64,000 bases of DNA from assembly GCA_023334545.1 (NCBI GenBank), contig JAADVB010000011.1:83609-147608 (forward strand). Reading direction: 5' to 3'. Positions 47,743 through 59,661 of the stretch are shown here, one piece after another (the stretch's first letter is position 1; each line of letters begins with the position of its first letter). The notes under the pieces were generated by a model. It was not told where the DNA came from. It worked only from the letters and a program-made list of their open reading frames with translations, and did not search any database. The translations under genes and the position numbers were made by a program. This DNA comes from Salisapilia sapeloensis CBS 127946. Lineage: Eukaryota; Protista; Oomycota.

Positions 47743-49314
47743 ATGCGAATGTATCTCTTTTTCTTGCTGGGGATCCAATATGTACTTGCCACATCTTCCT
47801 TTCCAGCACAAAACCCTGCTGTCGTATGGTATGCTCCATTCCTGAGTGGAGGTGGGTATTGCAGTGAAGCACATGCATACGTCTTGGGATTGGACGAGAG
47901 AATGCAGTCCAAGTTCGATCTTACCTTGACACCTGTCCACGATGATACGAGTAGTGCCATACCAGAGTTTGATCTGCTCATGATACAGCATGGTGATTCC
48001 GTCAATGGAAAGTTTGTACGCGATTTGCCCACTGCTGCACATAACCTTTTACAAAGCGTATGTCAAATTCTATAATGGTCTACTGCATACCGCTGACGTA
48101 TCTAGTAGCATTGGGTAGAAGAGCGTGATATCGACCGAAGACTACGTCGTCGACCTAGCGTTGTTGCGATTTGCCATTCTGAGCCGGGTGCATGGCATCC
48201 AGCCAAGTATAGGACATCCAAGTGTCCACCGTCTCAAGCTGACTATGCTATTGGTCGCACCATGTTCGAGACGGATCGACTTCCGGACGGGTGGAGTGAT
48301 CGAATGAATGAAATGGATGAGCTATGGGTTCCTACCAAGTATAATCACCTTCAGCACTTCCATATGTAGAATCTTACAATCAATTGAATAGGTTTCAAGC
48401 AAAGGTGTTTGAAGATGGAGGAGTGGAACCATCTAAAATCATTGTCCTTCCTGAATCGGTCGATGTGAGCTTTTTCGATCCTTCAAATGTCCGTCAACCA
48501 TTCCCTCTTTCTAACTATGTCTCATCCATATCAAAAGACACAACTGTCTTCCTTTCAATTTTTAAATGGGAAGAACGAAAAGGCTGGCGTATCCTACTCC
48601 AGTCCTACCTCCAAACATTTACAAAAGATGAAAATGTTCTCTTAGTCGTACTTACGAATGGATATCACTCGGAAGCTAAATCGGAACATGACTTCACTAC
48701 GTTTATGGACAAGTTTGCAAGAGAGACGATGGACAAAGCGTTGGATGAATTACCAAAGATTCTAGTGCTACCACCACACTTGCCACAGAGTGACATGCCA
48801 GCTTTATATAAGGCAGCCTCTGCTTTCGTTCTACCCTCCAAAGGAGAAGGATGGGGAAGGCCTCATGTCGAGGCAATGGCAATGGAACTGCCGATTATTG
48901 CAACCTACTGGAGCGGACCAACAGAATACATGACGGAAGACAATTCCTATCCTTTACGCATCGATGGCTTATCAGAGGTACTAGAGACATTGTGCAAAGT
49001 AGAGTATAGATGACTTAAGAGATACATAGATAGGAGAGGGAGCCTTTCGTGGGCATCAATGGGCTGAACCATCTATCGCGCATTTAATGGAATTAATGCA
49101 AAGGATCAAAGACTATCCTGATGTACGCAACTTCGGATGCTGCTGTCATGGTAATTTGACTGAATGTTGTCTATAGGAAGCAAGAGAGCGAGGAAAGCAA
49201 GCTCGGCAAGATATGATAAAGCACTATGCACCAGATCCTATCGCGCGGACAGTTTTCGATCATCTTGGACGCATTTTGGATCACATCGAGGAGCAAAAAC
49301 GAGATGAACTATAA
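47743..49314 (+). CDS. Family GT4 (GT-B) glycosyltransferase with signal peptide and C-terminal RDEL, multi-exon
   Basis: Hydrophobic N-terminus MRMYLFFLLGIQYVLA, WYAPFLSGGGYCSEA, FLSIFKWEERKGW and the E-x7-E motif EGWGRPHVEAMAM. The last exon ends ...EEQKRDEL*. Confidence 0.85.
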
Positions 49315-50112
49315 TACATTGTCTGAATTTATCTAATCGAGTGCGTAAGCTTTACTGTTCTTTATAAAATTTCCCTTTTGGAAATATAGCCTTCAACTAC
49401 GAGAGACACGAAGTACGTTTGACACACTTGTTTAGATGCGTAATACCCCTTCGTATGGCGCTTCTAGATTACTTCGTTCTTTAACTAGACGATGATCCGA
49501 TGGATAGTCGAATCAACTATACAACACAAATTTACTCAAGATAGCTCTACATCATGTAAACGCAAGAAGAAAATGAACGATTTAAAGATATACAACAAGC
49601 TCCTCTCCGTCGTAATCTGTAGATCTTGATGTATGATATATCACATGCTGTAATCGAAGCCTGAACTACCATACACCGCTAGGTTTTCATCTATATGAGC
49701 GGTAGAAAAAGGTTTTGCAGCACTTGACATTGTGAATAAAGACAAATAAACCCGCATATAGGATTGCCATCTTTCTAGAGGCATGAAGTGTACATATCGA
49801 TGAAATTGTACCTGTTCTTCCTACAATCACAGATTACAATCCGGCAGATGTATCCAAAATATAACGCAAGCAACTAGTATTACTTCAAGTAACCATCGTA
49901 CTCGTAAACTACTTCATAAAGATAGCCTAGGAGCATGCTTACTCTAAATATATACATCCTACACACTCTTCATCTTAGGCGTACGTGCCATGTGTTCTTA
50001 TCGGAATCCACGTTCCATAATACGTGTCGTGCGTCAGTGACAGCGAAGCCATCCAATTGGTGAGCATAATTTGAACGTGTATAGGTCGACATCAAGTTCA
50101 TTCCAAAGCGTC

Positions 50113-51018
50113 ATGTCCGACTCGAACTCGTCCAGCATGCTCGATCTCGAGGTGCGAGAGATCTCCAGGTGGACGGCTGCATGGAACAGAGTCAAGTGGC
50201 CTCTCCTCCTGGCCTCGTTCATTCTTTTGATCATCGCGATCACACAACTTCCTATCGCTCCCTACCTAGTCGACTGGAGCGCTTGGATCCATGAACATCC
50301 TCTTTACGGAACCGTTCTCGCCCTCTTAGCGTTTTTCATCACGATCCCGCTCTGTCTTCCAGCGACACTTTTAGAAGCAGCTGCTGGCTCGCTATTTGGT
50401 ATCGCGTTTGGCGTGCTCATCATCTGCATTGGGAAGACTGGCGGATCGTTAATCGCCTTCTTACTAGGAAGGCACATGGGCAAATCAGTCATCGGCGGGT
50501 ACCTTGACGCCCGATTCCCTACTTTCCGAGCTCTAGCTCGTGTATTCAGCAGTACCTCGAGCTGGAAACCCTTGATGCTGTTCCAAATGTCCTCCATTCC
50601 AAACCTCATCAAGTGCTACGGACTAGCGATCACGGACGTTACACCTTATCGGTTCACCGTATCATCCTTGGTCGCTAGTGTCCCCCACGCATTGCTGTGG
50701 GCGTATATCGGTAGCCAAGCTAGTGACATTGCATTACTTTTATCTGGAAAAGGTCAGAACGGTGCGTCTGAGGGACTCGGAACGACACGAATCGTGATAT
50801 TGGTGATCGGGTCACTCGTAACGGCTTTAGCGATTGGTGCTCTAGTCGCGTATACTCGAAAGCAGATGCAAGAGTTACAGAGGAGAGAGCATTCGAGTGA
50901 TGAAGAGGATGCTTTGGTCGATGTCGTGGTGGAAGATCCTAATTGTTCCTCTGATGACAACTCCATCGTACGACACGATAGCGATGAAATCCTAAAACCT
51001 CGGATCACGCGTCATTGA
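50113..51018 (+). CDS. VTT domain / TVP38-TMEM64 (SNARE-associated Golgi, DedA superfamily) membrane protein
   Basis: Multiple TM helices with LEAAAGSLFGIAFG..GKTGGSLIAFLLGRH and IPNLIKCYGLAITDV..F.VSSLVASVP. Confidence 0.85.
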   Translation: MSDSNSSSMLDLEVREISRWTAAWNRVKWPLLLASFILLIIAITQLPIAPYLVDWSAWIHEHPLYGTVLALLAFFITIPLCLPATLLEAAAGSLFGIAFGVLIICIGKTGGSLIAFLLGRHMGKSVIGGYLDARFPTFRALARVFSSTSSWKPLMLFQMSSIPNLIKCYGLAITDVTPYRFTVSSLVASVPHALLWAYIGSQASDIALLLSGKGQNGASEGLGTTRIVILVIGSLVTALAIGALVAYTRKQMQELQRREHSSDEEDALVDVVVEDPNCSSDDNSIVRHDSDEILKPRITRH

Positions 51019-51068
51019 AACTACGTTGTATTTAAAGCGATAGAAAGACCTTTTCAAGTGATAACAAA

Positions 51069-51584
51069 TCAATTCTTTTTGGCAGTCGCTGTCTTTGCGG
51101 TCGTTTCTCGTGATACGGAATGCGCAGCAGCATTTCTAGTCTTATTCTTTTGACGCAACAGTGATTTTCGCTTTAACGCCATGCGATGCATGTGCAACGA
51201 ACTTCGCGCTGGTCGTGCCTGTCCGCCTTGAGTGCGATTATTCGTTTGTGCGCGATTGTTCGCGCCCACGAGCGAGATTCCATAGTTTTTATTCAACGCC
51301 ATTTGCAAATCCTTTGCTTCCAAGACAGTAGAACGACGGTGTTTGGCGGCATGGCTCGAGAACTGGACAACATCTTGGACGAAATCCGACGCCATCTCCA
51401 ATAACAGCTCTTCCACAGACGCTTCGAGTGCAAAGCGAGAGTCGATCTTACGCAGGAGATCACCGAGTTGTCTGTTGGGTGTTAAAGCTCTAGATGTAGT
51501 TGAGGATAGAGCATAGGAATTATGCGGTGGCCTCGTCGGTGGAGAAGCGTCCGAGTCGCCATTCATGGCACTCGCTTCTTCCAT
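51069..51584 (-). CDS. TAF12: Transcription initiation factor TFIID subunit 12 (histone fold)
   Basis: LGDLLRKID...LEASVEELLLEMASDFVQDVVQFSSHAAKHRRSTVLEAKDLQMALNKNYGI matches the TAF12 histone-fold pattern. Confidence 0.88.
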   Translation of the reverse strand: MEEASAMNGDSDASPPTRPPHNSYALSSTTSRALTPNRQLGDLLRKIDSRFALEASVEELLLEMASDFVQDVVQFSSHAAKHRRSTVLEAKDLQMALNKNYGISLVGANNRAQTNNRTQGGQARPARSSLHMHRMALKRKSLLRQKNKTRNAAAHSVSRETTAKTATAKKN

Positions 51585-51677
51585 TTTTGGTGCGTTTAGT
51601 ATTTTTAACAGTTAATGGCTTTCTAGCTGTTAAGTTGTCTCAGATACCATCAAAGAAAAAGAAAATTATAAAATAAA

Positions 51678-52130
51678 ATGGACGCAACGATCGACCGCTT
51701 CGGAGCGTTGCGTCTCCAAGAAGATGGTCGACAGAATGATGCTGAGAATGCAGCAAACTCTGTAAATGACGGACAGGAATATACACCGCAAGTCTCAAAT
51801 AGCAACACGGTGTTTCAAAATGATGCCGATGAAATGGAGAAATTCCGACAAGAATGCGACCACCGGCTGCAACAGGCACAACACGAGAATGAGCTCATGT
51901 ACAAGCGGCTGCAAGAGGTGGAAAAACAGAATGCGTTGATGCGGCAGGCTCTGAATAGTATGGATTCATATCGGAAGCAAGTGGACGATCAGAATATGCA
52001 CATTGAACAACTGCAGCAACAAGTGAAGCAATTACGTTCGAACAACGTTCAACTGCAATATATGCTCCAGCAGAGTGATGCGAATACCCAGGATAAATTT
52101 CTACCACCTCGACCGCCAGACATTTTCTAG
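51678..52130 (+). CDS. Small coiled-coil protein, 150 aa, ending in RPPDIF
   Basis: ATG-started ORF with a Q/E-rich coil and the terminal LRSNNVQLQYMLQQS...PPDIF, reminiscent of the C-termini of plant CUE-domain coiled-coil proteins. Confidence 0.65.
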   Translation: MDATIDRFGALRLQEDGRQNDAENAANSVNDGQEYTPQVSNSNTVFQNDADEMEKFRQECDHRLQQAQHENELMYKRLQEVEKQNALMRQALNSMDSYRKQVDDQNMHIEQLQQQVKQLRSNNVQLQYMLQQSDANTQDKFLPPRPPDIF

Positions 52131-52392
52131 ACGTTCGATGTGGACCAGACTGGTTTTGGCTGTGAATATGAAGCAAAGCAGCATTTTGCGCAAGGTCGAC
52201 CCACGTCGCGAGTATATAAATTTATAATAATGCAACGAAATTGGAATGATTCGATTCTTGTCGGGAGTAGTTGGAGCAATTTGTGTTTAATACAGGCTCA
52301 AAATTTCTGTAGAGACGTTTGAACTGTGATTCTTGTACTGGTGACAAGTGCCTATATATGATTGTCGTCATGGAAACGTTAATGAGAGATCG

Positions 52393-52407
52393 GAGAGAGA
52401 GAGAGAG
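52393..52407. repeat. (GA)n microsatellite, 15 nt
   Basis: GAGAGAGAGAGAGAG read directly from the sequence. Confidence 0.7.
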
Positions 52408-53342
52408 CAACATTTAATATATATAGGACAAAATGGAAATGCTTCGAATGATCAAGGAGTACGTTGATACGGCATGTACGATCCATCGGGTCGATCTCTA
52501 GATCAATCAAAGTCGACTCTTAGAACACTTTGATTTTCTACTTTGTTGCCACTATTGTTGCCACTCTCTGCGCTTTGATATAGCGATCATTACCACGAGC
52601 CATTTCCTTCTGGTTGGTACACTTGAGTTTTCATACAATTCGAAATGGTTTCAATATGCAAACTACTGGCATCTTAGGATCAATTTCCAGACTTGCTATT
52701 GAAGAGTCTAGTTCTCATATGCTTTCCTAAATCTCAATTTTTCAATCATTTTACATAAAGGTTAACGAAGTAATAGTCGAGACTCAAGTCCTATCGATTC
52801 AACGTCATCTCCTATGATATTCGTGGTAATGTACAATTACAAAATATCCTCAGCCGCACTTCAACTTGATCAATTGACGAGACGGAGTCGAGAGATTGTT
52901 GGCTGGGTACTTCAGATATGACCTGGAAATAGCTGAAGAAGAGTTTGGTCTTCAATTAACGTATCGCAGTGCTTGATTGAAAAGCGGCATATCATGATGT
53001 ATTGGGATACCAATACCTACGACATGTTGCCACAAGTCAGTTTTCCTTTCAAAAGTTTCTAGGACTATAGAGACCGACAACTTTTTAATTTCGAAATCTT
53101 TGCTTCCTCAGTTAGCCGACGTACAGTTTTGTCCATATCGATGCGATGGACTGGCAATCGCACACAGATAGAACTTCAAATTCCATGAAAGTCATTCAAT
53201 CAATCGAATCTCACTTAAATAGAAACATTTTAACACCATTCGGTATATTTGACCCATTGAAATAGATACAATATACCTACTCAAGCGCACAATCTACGGA
53301 CAGCCATCAGCGACTCCAGGTAGTGCTCCGAGTACGACGATA

Positions 53343-54624
53343 ATGCTGCCAGTACAGCGTCTTATGCTTCACGGGCGTCGAGCTGCCATCTACCAGCGCA
53401 CGTCCACATCTTCCTACCCACGTTTTTTAAGCTCCAAGTGCGTTATCGATCACAATGGCATTGATAAGTGGGGTCAAGTAGCTCACTTTTATGCTTCTGG
53501 TCACCTAGAGGACCGACACAAGATGATCAAGAAGAGAAGCCGGTAACAAACAAGCAGTTATGGGACAATGTATTGTCGAAACAGGGCAAAGCTGCAAGTG
53601 GAAAGAGTGGGGACTTGCTATACGAAAACCATCGCAAGGTATGTCAAAGTCCAGTCATCCCATCACGCTGTATATACTAGCAGTAAACGACAGGTTGCTC
53701 ATATTAAATCTACTTGCTAGACGTTCTTTGGCTTCACGTCAGCCGGTTCGCTCGCTCACGTACGTAAAGCTTTTTGACTATCGATAGCTATCTCTCATGC
53801 CGTCATTAGATTGCGTTTTGGTCCTGGTTCAAAGGATATGAAGAAAGCATGCTCGAAAGTATACCACTTATTAATGTATTACAGGCCTAGACTTAAATGT
53901 TGCAAATAGTGCTTCCGCAGCTTGGTGAACCAACGACATTTTCATGGCTTACGAACAACTACGGGTCGACACTTGGATTAGGATCTAGTGTCCTCCTTGC
54001 TTTTGTGGTTGCCTTCCACGCTCATGTACACTCTTGTATACGATTCCTGGATATATCATCCATGCTCACGTTTGTTGATAGCGTGCTGTGGCTCGTATCT
54101 CTGTCGTATCCGGCGGAGATAAATTGCGTATCACGACGCACAAGTTCTTTGGTGTATGTCTTTATGGTTTCGTACAGAGTATAGCGTCGTAACATGTTTT
54201 GTAGGACCTTTCGGCGTCACGTGATGTTCCTGCCACTCAAGTGTCTGCGAACCCGAACACAAAGAACTACTTGATTATGAAGCTTGGGAATGACCGAGGC
54301 TTTTATCTTGTCGATGTCAACGGGACGTTTTACAATCGTCCGAAATTGGAGAGCATGATTACCTTCCGCACAGACTTTGTAAGAATTGCTGCTGACGATA
54401 TCTTTTACGTCGATGCTAATGGTATGATCTAGACGGAGCATGAGAAAATGATGAAGACAAAGGATAACACGATCGAAGTACGAACGGACTTGCCTCGCAC
54501 AAATCTTTCGTCAGAGAATGCTACTAAAAAGCAGCATCCAAAGAAGGTGAATCCCAATAAGAAGAATGGAAAAGGAGGTAAACATCCGCCGAAAGGCAAA
54601 GGTAGGAAGCAACAGAAAAAATAG
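53343..54624 (+). CDS. TMEM223: TMEM223-like mitochondrial inner-membrane protein, multi-exon, with Lys-rich tail
   Basis: Arg/Ser-rich presequence. Spliced LLYENHRK|TFFGFTSAGSLAH|IAFWSW, a second TM helix, RAVARISVVSGGDKLRITTHKFFG and FYLVDVNGTFYN follow the TMEM223 pattern. Intron 54379-54432 links to the final K-rich exon. Confidence 0.65.
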
Positions 54625-54945
54625 AAGATCGTAGTTTTGCACCATCTACAATGGTCATTCACATGCAAGCGTATATGTGTTTACTTCCGAGGCAATACAC
54701 ATCAAATCTATAGCTTTTGTACTGTAGAATAGGATGTATGCTGTGTCATTCATTATCAAGACGCGTAAATGTCCACCTACGTATGATGCGAATAAAGCGA
54801 ATACTACCAATGCATGCTGTTAGACCAAAAACCTAGAGGATGATATAAGATTTACCTAGAATCCATGCAAATAGTATAACGAATTGTATTTGAAACGATA
54901 TTAGCTTTGCGACCTTTAGCAAGGGTGCACTACTATTCCGCAGTG

Positions 54946-56141
54946 ATGGTGCAGAGTGAATTGCTCCCGACTGTATTAGAGCGTTTCCGCCTCGGAGTGG
55001 ATGGTATGGATATGCGAAATGCTCTCGCTGAAATTGCAATGAGAGTGACTCAGCATGAAGATCGTAAAGTGTTTCGCAAAGCCGATGGGGCAACGACTAT
55101 GCGTAAGTTCCCGATGATCAATTCTCATGAAAATTGGTTTCTATAGCAACTTGACTCATGGTGGCAATAGTTGACCATTTATGCAGGATCATGGAGGAGC
55201 AATCGACGATGCAGAATAAGTATGAGTGCTCAGAGGTATTCGGATCCACGTGCGTAGTTTCATCAACATCTTATGCAAAGTTCGAAGTAAGCCATATCTT
55301 GCATCACAGATGGACGATGGATGAAGTACAAGACTCATTGCAGTTCACATGTACGTATGGTTCAGTTTTGTGTTGGTCATTGTGAATAAACATATTAGCA
55401 ACCCTCGATGTAGTAATTGGACTGTGTCACGCATCTTTGGATATCAAGATGTGTCTCCAGCTCCTCGACCAACAAGCGATGGATGCTTTAATCACTCTGT
55501 ATCAAAACTTGCCTTCCACTAGTGCAGCTTGCAAATGCTACAGTTTGGAAACAATTCGTAATTTATGCTATCCAAGTCCTATCGAGTCGAAGCTCCCGAC
55601 AGAAGCTGTTCCACTACTGTGGCAAGTCCTCTTGCATGACTCAAAGGTATTTCTCGTGTTACAATAAAGAATACAAACTGCCATATTCTAAATGATTATT
55701 ATTAACAAGAATGCGGAACGAGTTGCTGCTGCAGATGCGTTATGCAACCTCGCATTCCATTCTCCTCAGTTAGTATTTCCATCAGCGTCTCAAGTTAGCT
55801 CAGCTATAGAAGTATTCTTCGGAAGTGACGACGCAGCACTAAAGACATCAGTTGCCGACTTATTGGCTAATCTTTGTGCTGATACCTCTATCTGTTTACT
55901 CATGCTATACGATCTGGATGAACGCAAACCGACCCGGCGGTATAAGCATTCGGGAGCAGTATATTTGATCGAACTTATACAGAAGGTGGAAAATGTCTCT
56001 TTAAAAACATCCATGGAAACTTGGGCACATAACCTATCGTGGAGTGATCCAGAGTCCAAGCGTTTTATTCAAAAAGTGTGCTTAAGCAGCTTCATGGAAA
56101 GGTTTGCTGTCGGTCAGGATATAGAGAATAATAACAACTAA
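54946..56141 (+). CDS. Armadillo/HEAT-repeat protein, multi-exon, 5' end uncertain
   Basis: Helical repeats CYSLETIRNLCY, RVAAADALCNLAF, KTSVADLLANLCAD and KTSMETWAHNLSW lie in successive short ORFs separated by intron-sized gaps. Confidence 0.55.
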
Positions 56142-56161
56142 ATAAGGCAAGTAAAACTGCT

Positions 56162-59100
56162 TTAAAAATCAGTATCAAATTCATCGTTGTCGTCGTTATC
56201 CTGGATCGTGTCCTTCATACTCCCACTACTAAAGACATCATTTTTCTTGCCTAGTGAAGCATCTTTTCCTCCAACTATGCTTCCGAGATCCACGTCGTCA
56301 TCATCCGTCTCAAACAAGTTTCGCATCTTTCCTCCCGATAGTAACTACATGCGCGATTGGATTGTTAAATATTCAAGCTACCATACATTTATATGTATAA
56401 ATATATATGTGCACGACATTACTTTCGCTCCGAGTCCGTATTGAGGACTTCGCGTAGGTCGGTGGACATTTTCAACAGCGCTTTTCTTTCCACTGTAAAG
56501 TATAATAAGCTCCCCGCAAGACGTAGAAATATATCGTGACAGTCGAATATACATACCTAGCAGAGAAAGTGGATGTAGTTTGTGTAAGGAATGCATTTTG
56601 AAGTAAGCTTGGCATTGTCGACGACTTGGATAATTCCTTTTCCTTAGATTTGGATTCTTCAAATGTGTCTGCCGACTTAGATCCCGCGAGCTGTCCTTTG
56701 TCCTTTGACTCATTTGGAATAGATGAATCTTTTAAAGGAAGAGTCAAGCCTGATCGAGTCGGACTGCTTAAAGGTGCTCCGCATACCCCAGCTAAGAACT
56801 CTCGTAGCTTTCGCTTCATCCTGTTGTCGCAGTTGCCGTTTTGGCGTAGGAGTTCATCTGTATATATCTCAATGACTTTGTCTGTCTTCATGGCTTTCTT
56901 GGCCAGTTGTCTCATATGCGCAGACAATATTTTCCAAGTGTCTACTTCATATTCTTTATTCGAGCGATGAAGCTCGTTTAGTCTGTTTTCACTCATTCGT
57001 CCTTCAAAGGCTCGAGGTGGAAAGATGTATGGGCCACACTCACTTACTACGTCCAAAAGAGCTTGCAGTACAGTTGTTGCAGACTCAAATGCTAGTCCAG
57101 ATTGACTATTCCGAATCGCCATTTTAATCAGTTCTCGCTTTTTGTCGTCCGAAGCTGTAGTTTCTACCAATACTTCCTCTTCATTTTCGATCGCATCATC
57201 TAGCCGGCTTGTAAGTCCACGAACAGCAGCAAGTCGATCTTTCCCAGACAAACTGCTAGTGAAAGAAGCGGTATCTGTGGGTAGTACTTCTTTAAGCCCA
57301 TCATCATCTGCCTGTGGTGCGGATTCTAATGGCTTAGCTTCGAAACTATCCTTTTCTTTTAGTTGAATAGTAGGCTCTACCGCAGATGGATGCGTTGCAA
57401 CTTCTGTTTCGCTATTCACTTCTACTTCTATTGATAGCTTACTCTCGCTCTTGTCTTGCTTCATTGGTTTTACAGGACTAGAGTTCGTGGAACTGAGTGG
57501 CGATAATGACAGTCTATCGAAATCTAATGGGTTGTCATCCGACAAAGTTTCTTCCTTCAAGCTAGAAGAAGCCAATTCTTCCTTCTTAACATCTTCGTCA
57601 ATCTGCAGAGATTCATCTTTTGTTTGCAGATTTTCCTCTTTGACTTCGTCAGATACTGCATCAAGCGGTACCACTATATCGCTTACAATCAAACTATCTC
57701 CATTCTTCTTGCCATCAAAAGGCACATTGGTAGCTCCCGTTTGCTCTGTTGCTTTAAATTCTTCTTGTGACGCACCAGCTTTCTCCTCTTCATGGTGCTC
57801 GTCCGCTTTATCATCGAAACTTCCTTTCGTAGTAATTTGGAATGCGTTTTTGTCTTGATTTTGCTTTTCCGTCGAAATATCTTCATCCGATTGATGCTTT
57901 GTTTGACAGTTTGGCTTGTTTTGTACTATTATCGCATCGAGCAAAGAATTGGTGCTCTCCCCCTGAAGACTTGACTGGAAGGGCTGCCCAACATTATAAC
58001 AATTATCTGTCACTTTAGATCCTTTATCCAACTCAAGTGAAGCTGACGTCTGATCGGTTCTAGATACACCAGTAGGTTTTTCATATTTGTCTTGTGCTTT
58101 TCCCTTTAAATCTTCGAGCTGGTTTCTATCTGTCACGATAGAAAGAGTTGATGCTAGCGGATGCTTTGATGGAGAAATGCTAATCGCATCAACAGACTCG
58201 GGAGTATTGTCTAAACCTGTGCCTGTGACGAAAATGGATGAGGATTCATCTTGTTCCGGTTCTTCCAAAACGGTTGGCAGCAGACCGTGACTTGGATGTA
58301 GGTTACCGCTACTTGATATTCCACCATACAAATCTGTCGCTGGGTGTACACTGGTATTGTTCTTACCATTTCCATCCGAAGTGTGTAAAGGTTGCGGGGT
58401 GGACGCTGGGTGGTGCTTCGGAGGATTGTTTGAATACGAAATTAAGCTAATGAATGTACATTTAGCAATTGGTTCGTAGTGATTGAAAGTTATACATGCG
58501 TATGCGTACACTTGGTTTCGTCCTGTTAGCGCCTTGAGTGCACTGCGCGGAGACAGTGCATCAAGAAATTCATCTAACAACACAGGACAATCAAAGTGTT
58601 AGTGAGTCGATCATCTCTCTACGTTTATCATAAAAAACCTTGTCTCTCTTTGCATTCAGAAGCTGATTTATCTTGAGCTGCAACTTCCGATTCCAAATTT
58701 GATCGTGCTGTTGCCGCTTGGACTCGAACCGCGTCTCGAAACTTTTGCTCTACTTTCGCGTCAACCTTTAAGCAATATTTAATTTCTAGACAGATTGATG
58801 TAGTGACCTTGGAGAGTTGAGTGCGATTGCAATACTTGGTGCTCATACACTTGATTTTGGGCCAAGTGCTCTTCCAGTTCAATTTCTTGTCGCTATTTAT
58901 AAGACAGGTGAGTACTCTATCCGACAGATTGAGTAGAATATCAATAGTTACCAGTGTCCGGATGCGTTCTTCTATATCCCGTTCCTGAGCAAAGCCCTGT
59001 ATCGACTCAGCTTTTTGAATTGAAGAAAAGGCGGTGATATGAAAAGTACTTTTGTAGCAACACGGCGTCTTTGTTCCATGCTTTGCTTCTTCGCTTCCAA

Positions 59101-59562
59101 ACGTCGAAGTCGTTCAAGTCGCTTACGTCTTAATTTCTTTTGCCATGCAGGGTACCCTCGTACCACTTTCTCGATATACATTTTCTTCTCATACTCCAAG
59201 GAAGTTCGTGTTCGAGATATATCATTCTTGCTCTGGATATAATTATCTCGAACACGCTGATGAGCTTCATGAATAGATCGAATAAACTCTTCATTCCTTT
59301 TCTCTGCTGATCTCGCTGCAGCCTTTAATGTCTTTGCCTTTGCTTTCTTACTCTCCAATGTGATACAATGAAACTCAGCGGCCGTCGACTCCCGTAAGTG
59401 GATACTCTTCTCCAGCTCCTCACGCCGTACAGCTCTAGTACCATAAAGTTAATCATCCGATTTTCTATACGTGTTTGCTTGGAAGAAAAGAATATACAGC
59501 TCTTGACGCTTATCCCGTAGCATTTGCAAACGACTCTCAAAGTCCATCGTGGCATGTGCCAT
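56162..59562 (-). CDS. Coiled-coil plus low-complexity protein with a Kizuna-like N-terminus, multi-exon
   Basis: Spliced MAHATMDFESRLQMLRDKRQEL|AVRREELEKSI...AEKRNEEFIRSIHEAHQRV...SLEYEKK, then a long acidic/Ser-rich exon (56472-58583 ORF) and a final exon ending DEFDTDF*. Internal junctions are only partly resolved. Confidence 0.6.
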
Positions 59563-59661
59563 ATCCAATCCAAAAATGGGATGTACCCATCGCGACGTTT
59601 CACGTGTTAACTTCAACATCTAACCTATCAGTTATTTCACTCTCTGATACAACCACTTCAC

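Noticed and set aside
52430-53250. Protein-like fragments on the minus strand plus an 11-bp tandem duplication (TTGTTGCCACT)
   Set aside because: No consistent splice model or recognisable family; the sequence is AT-rich.
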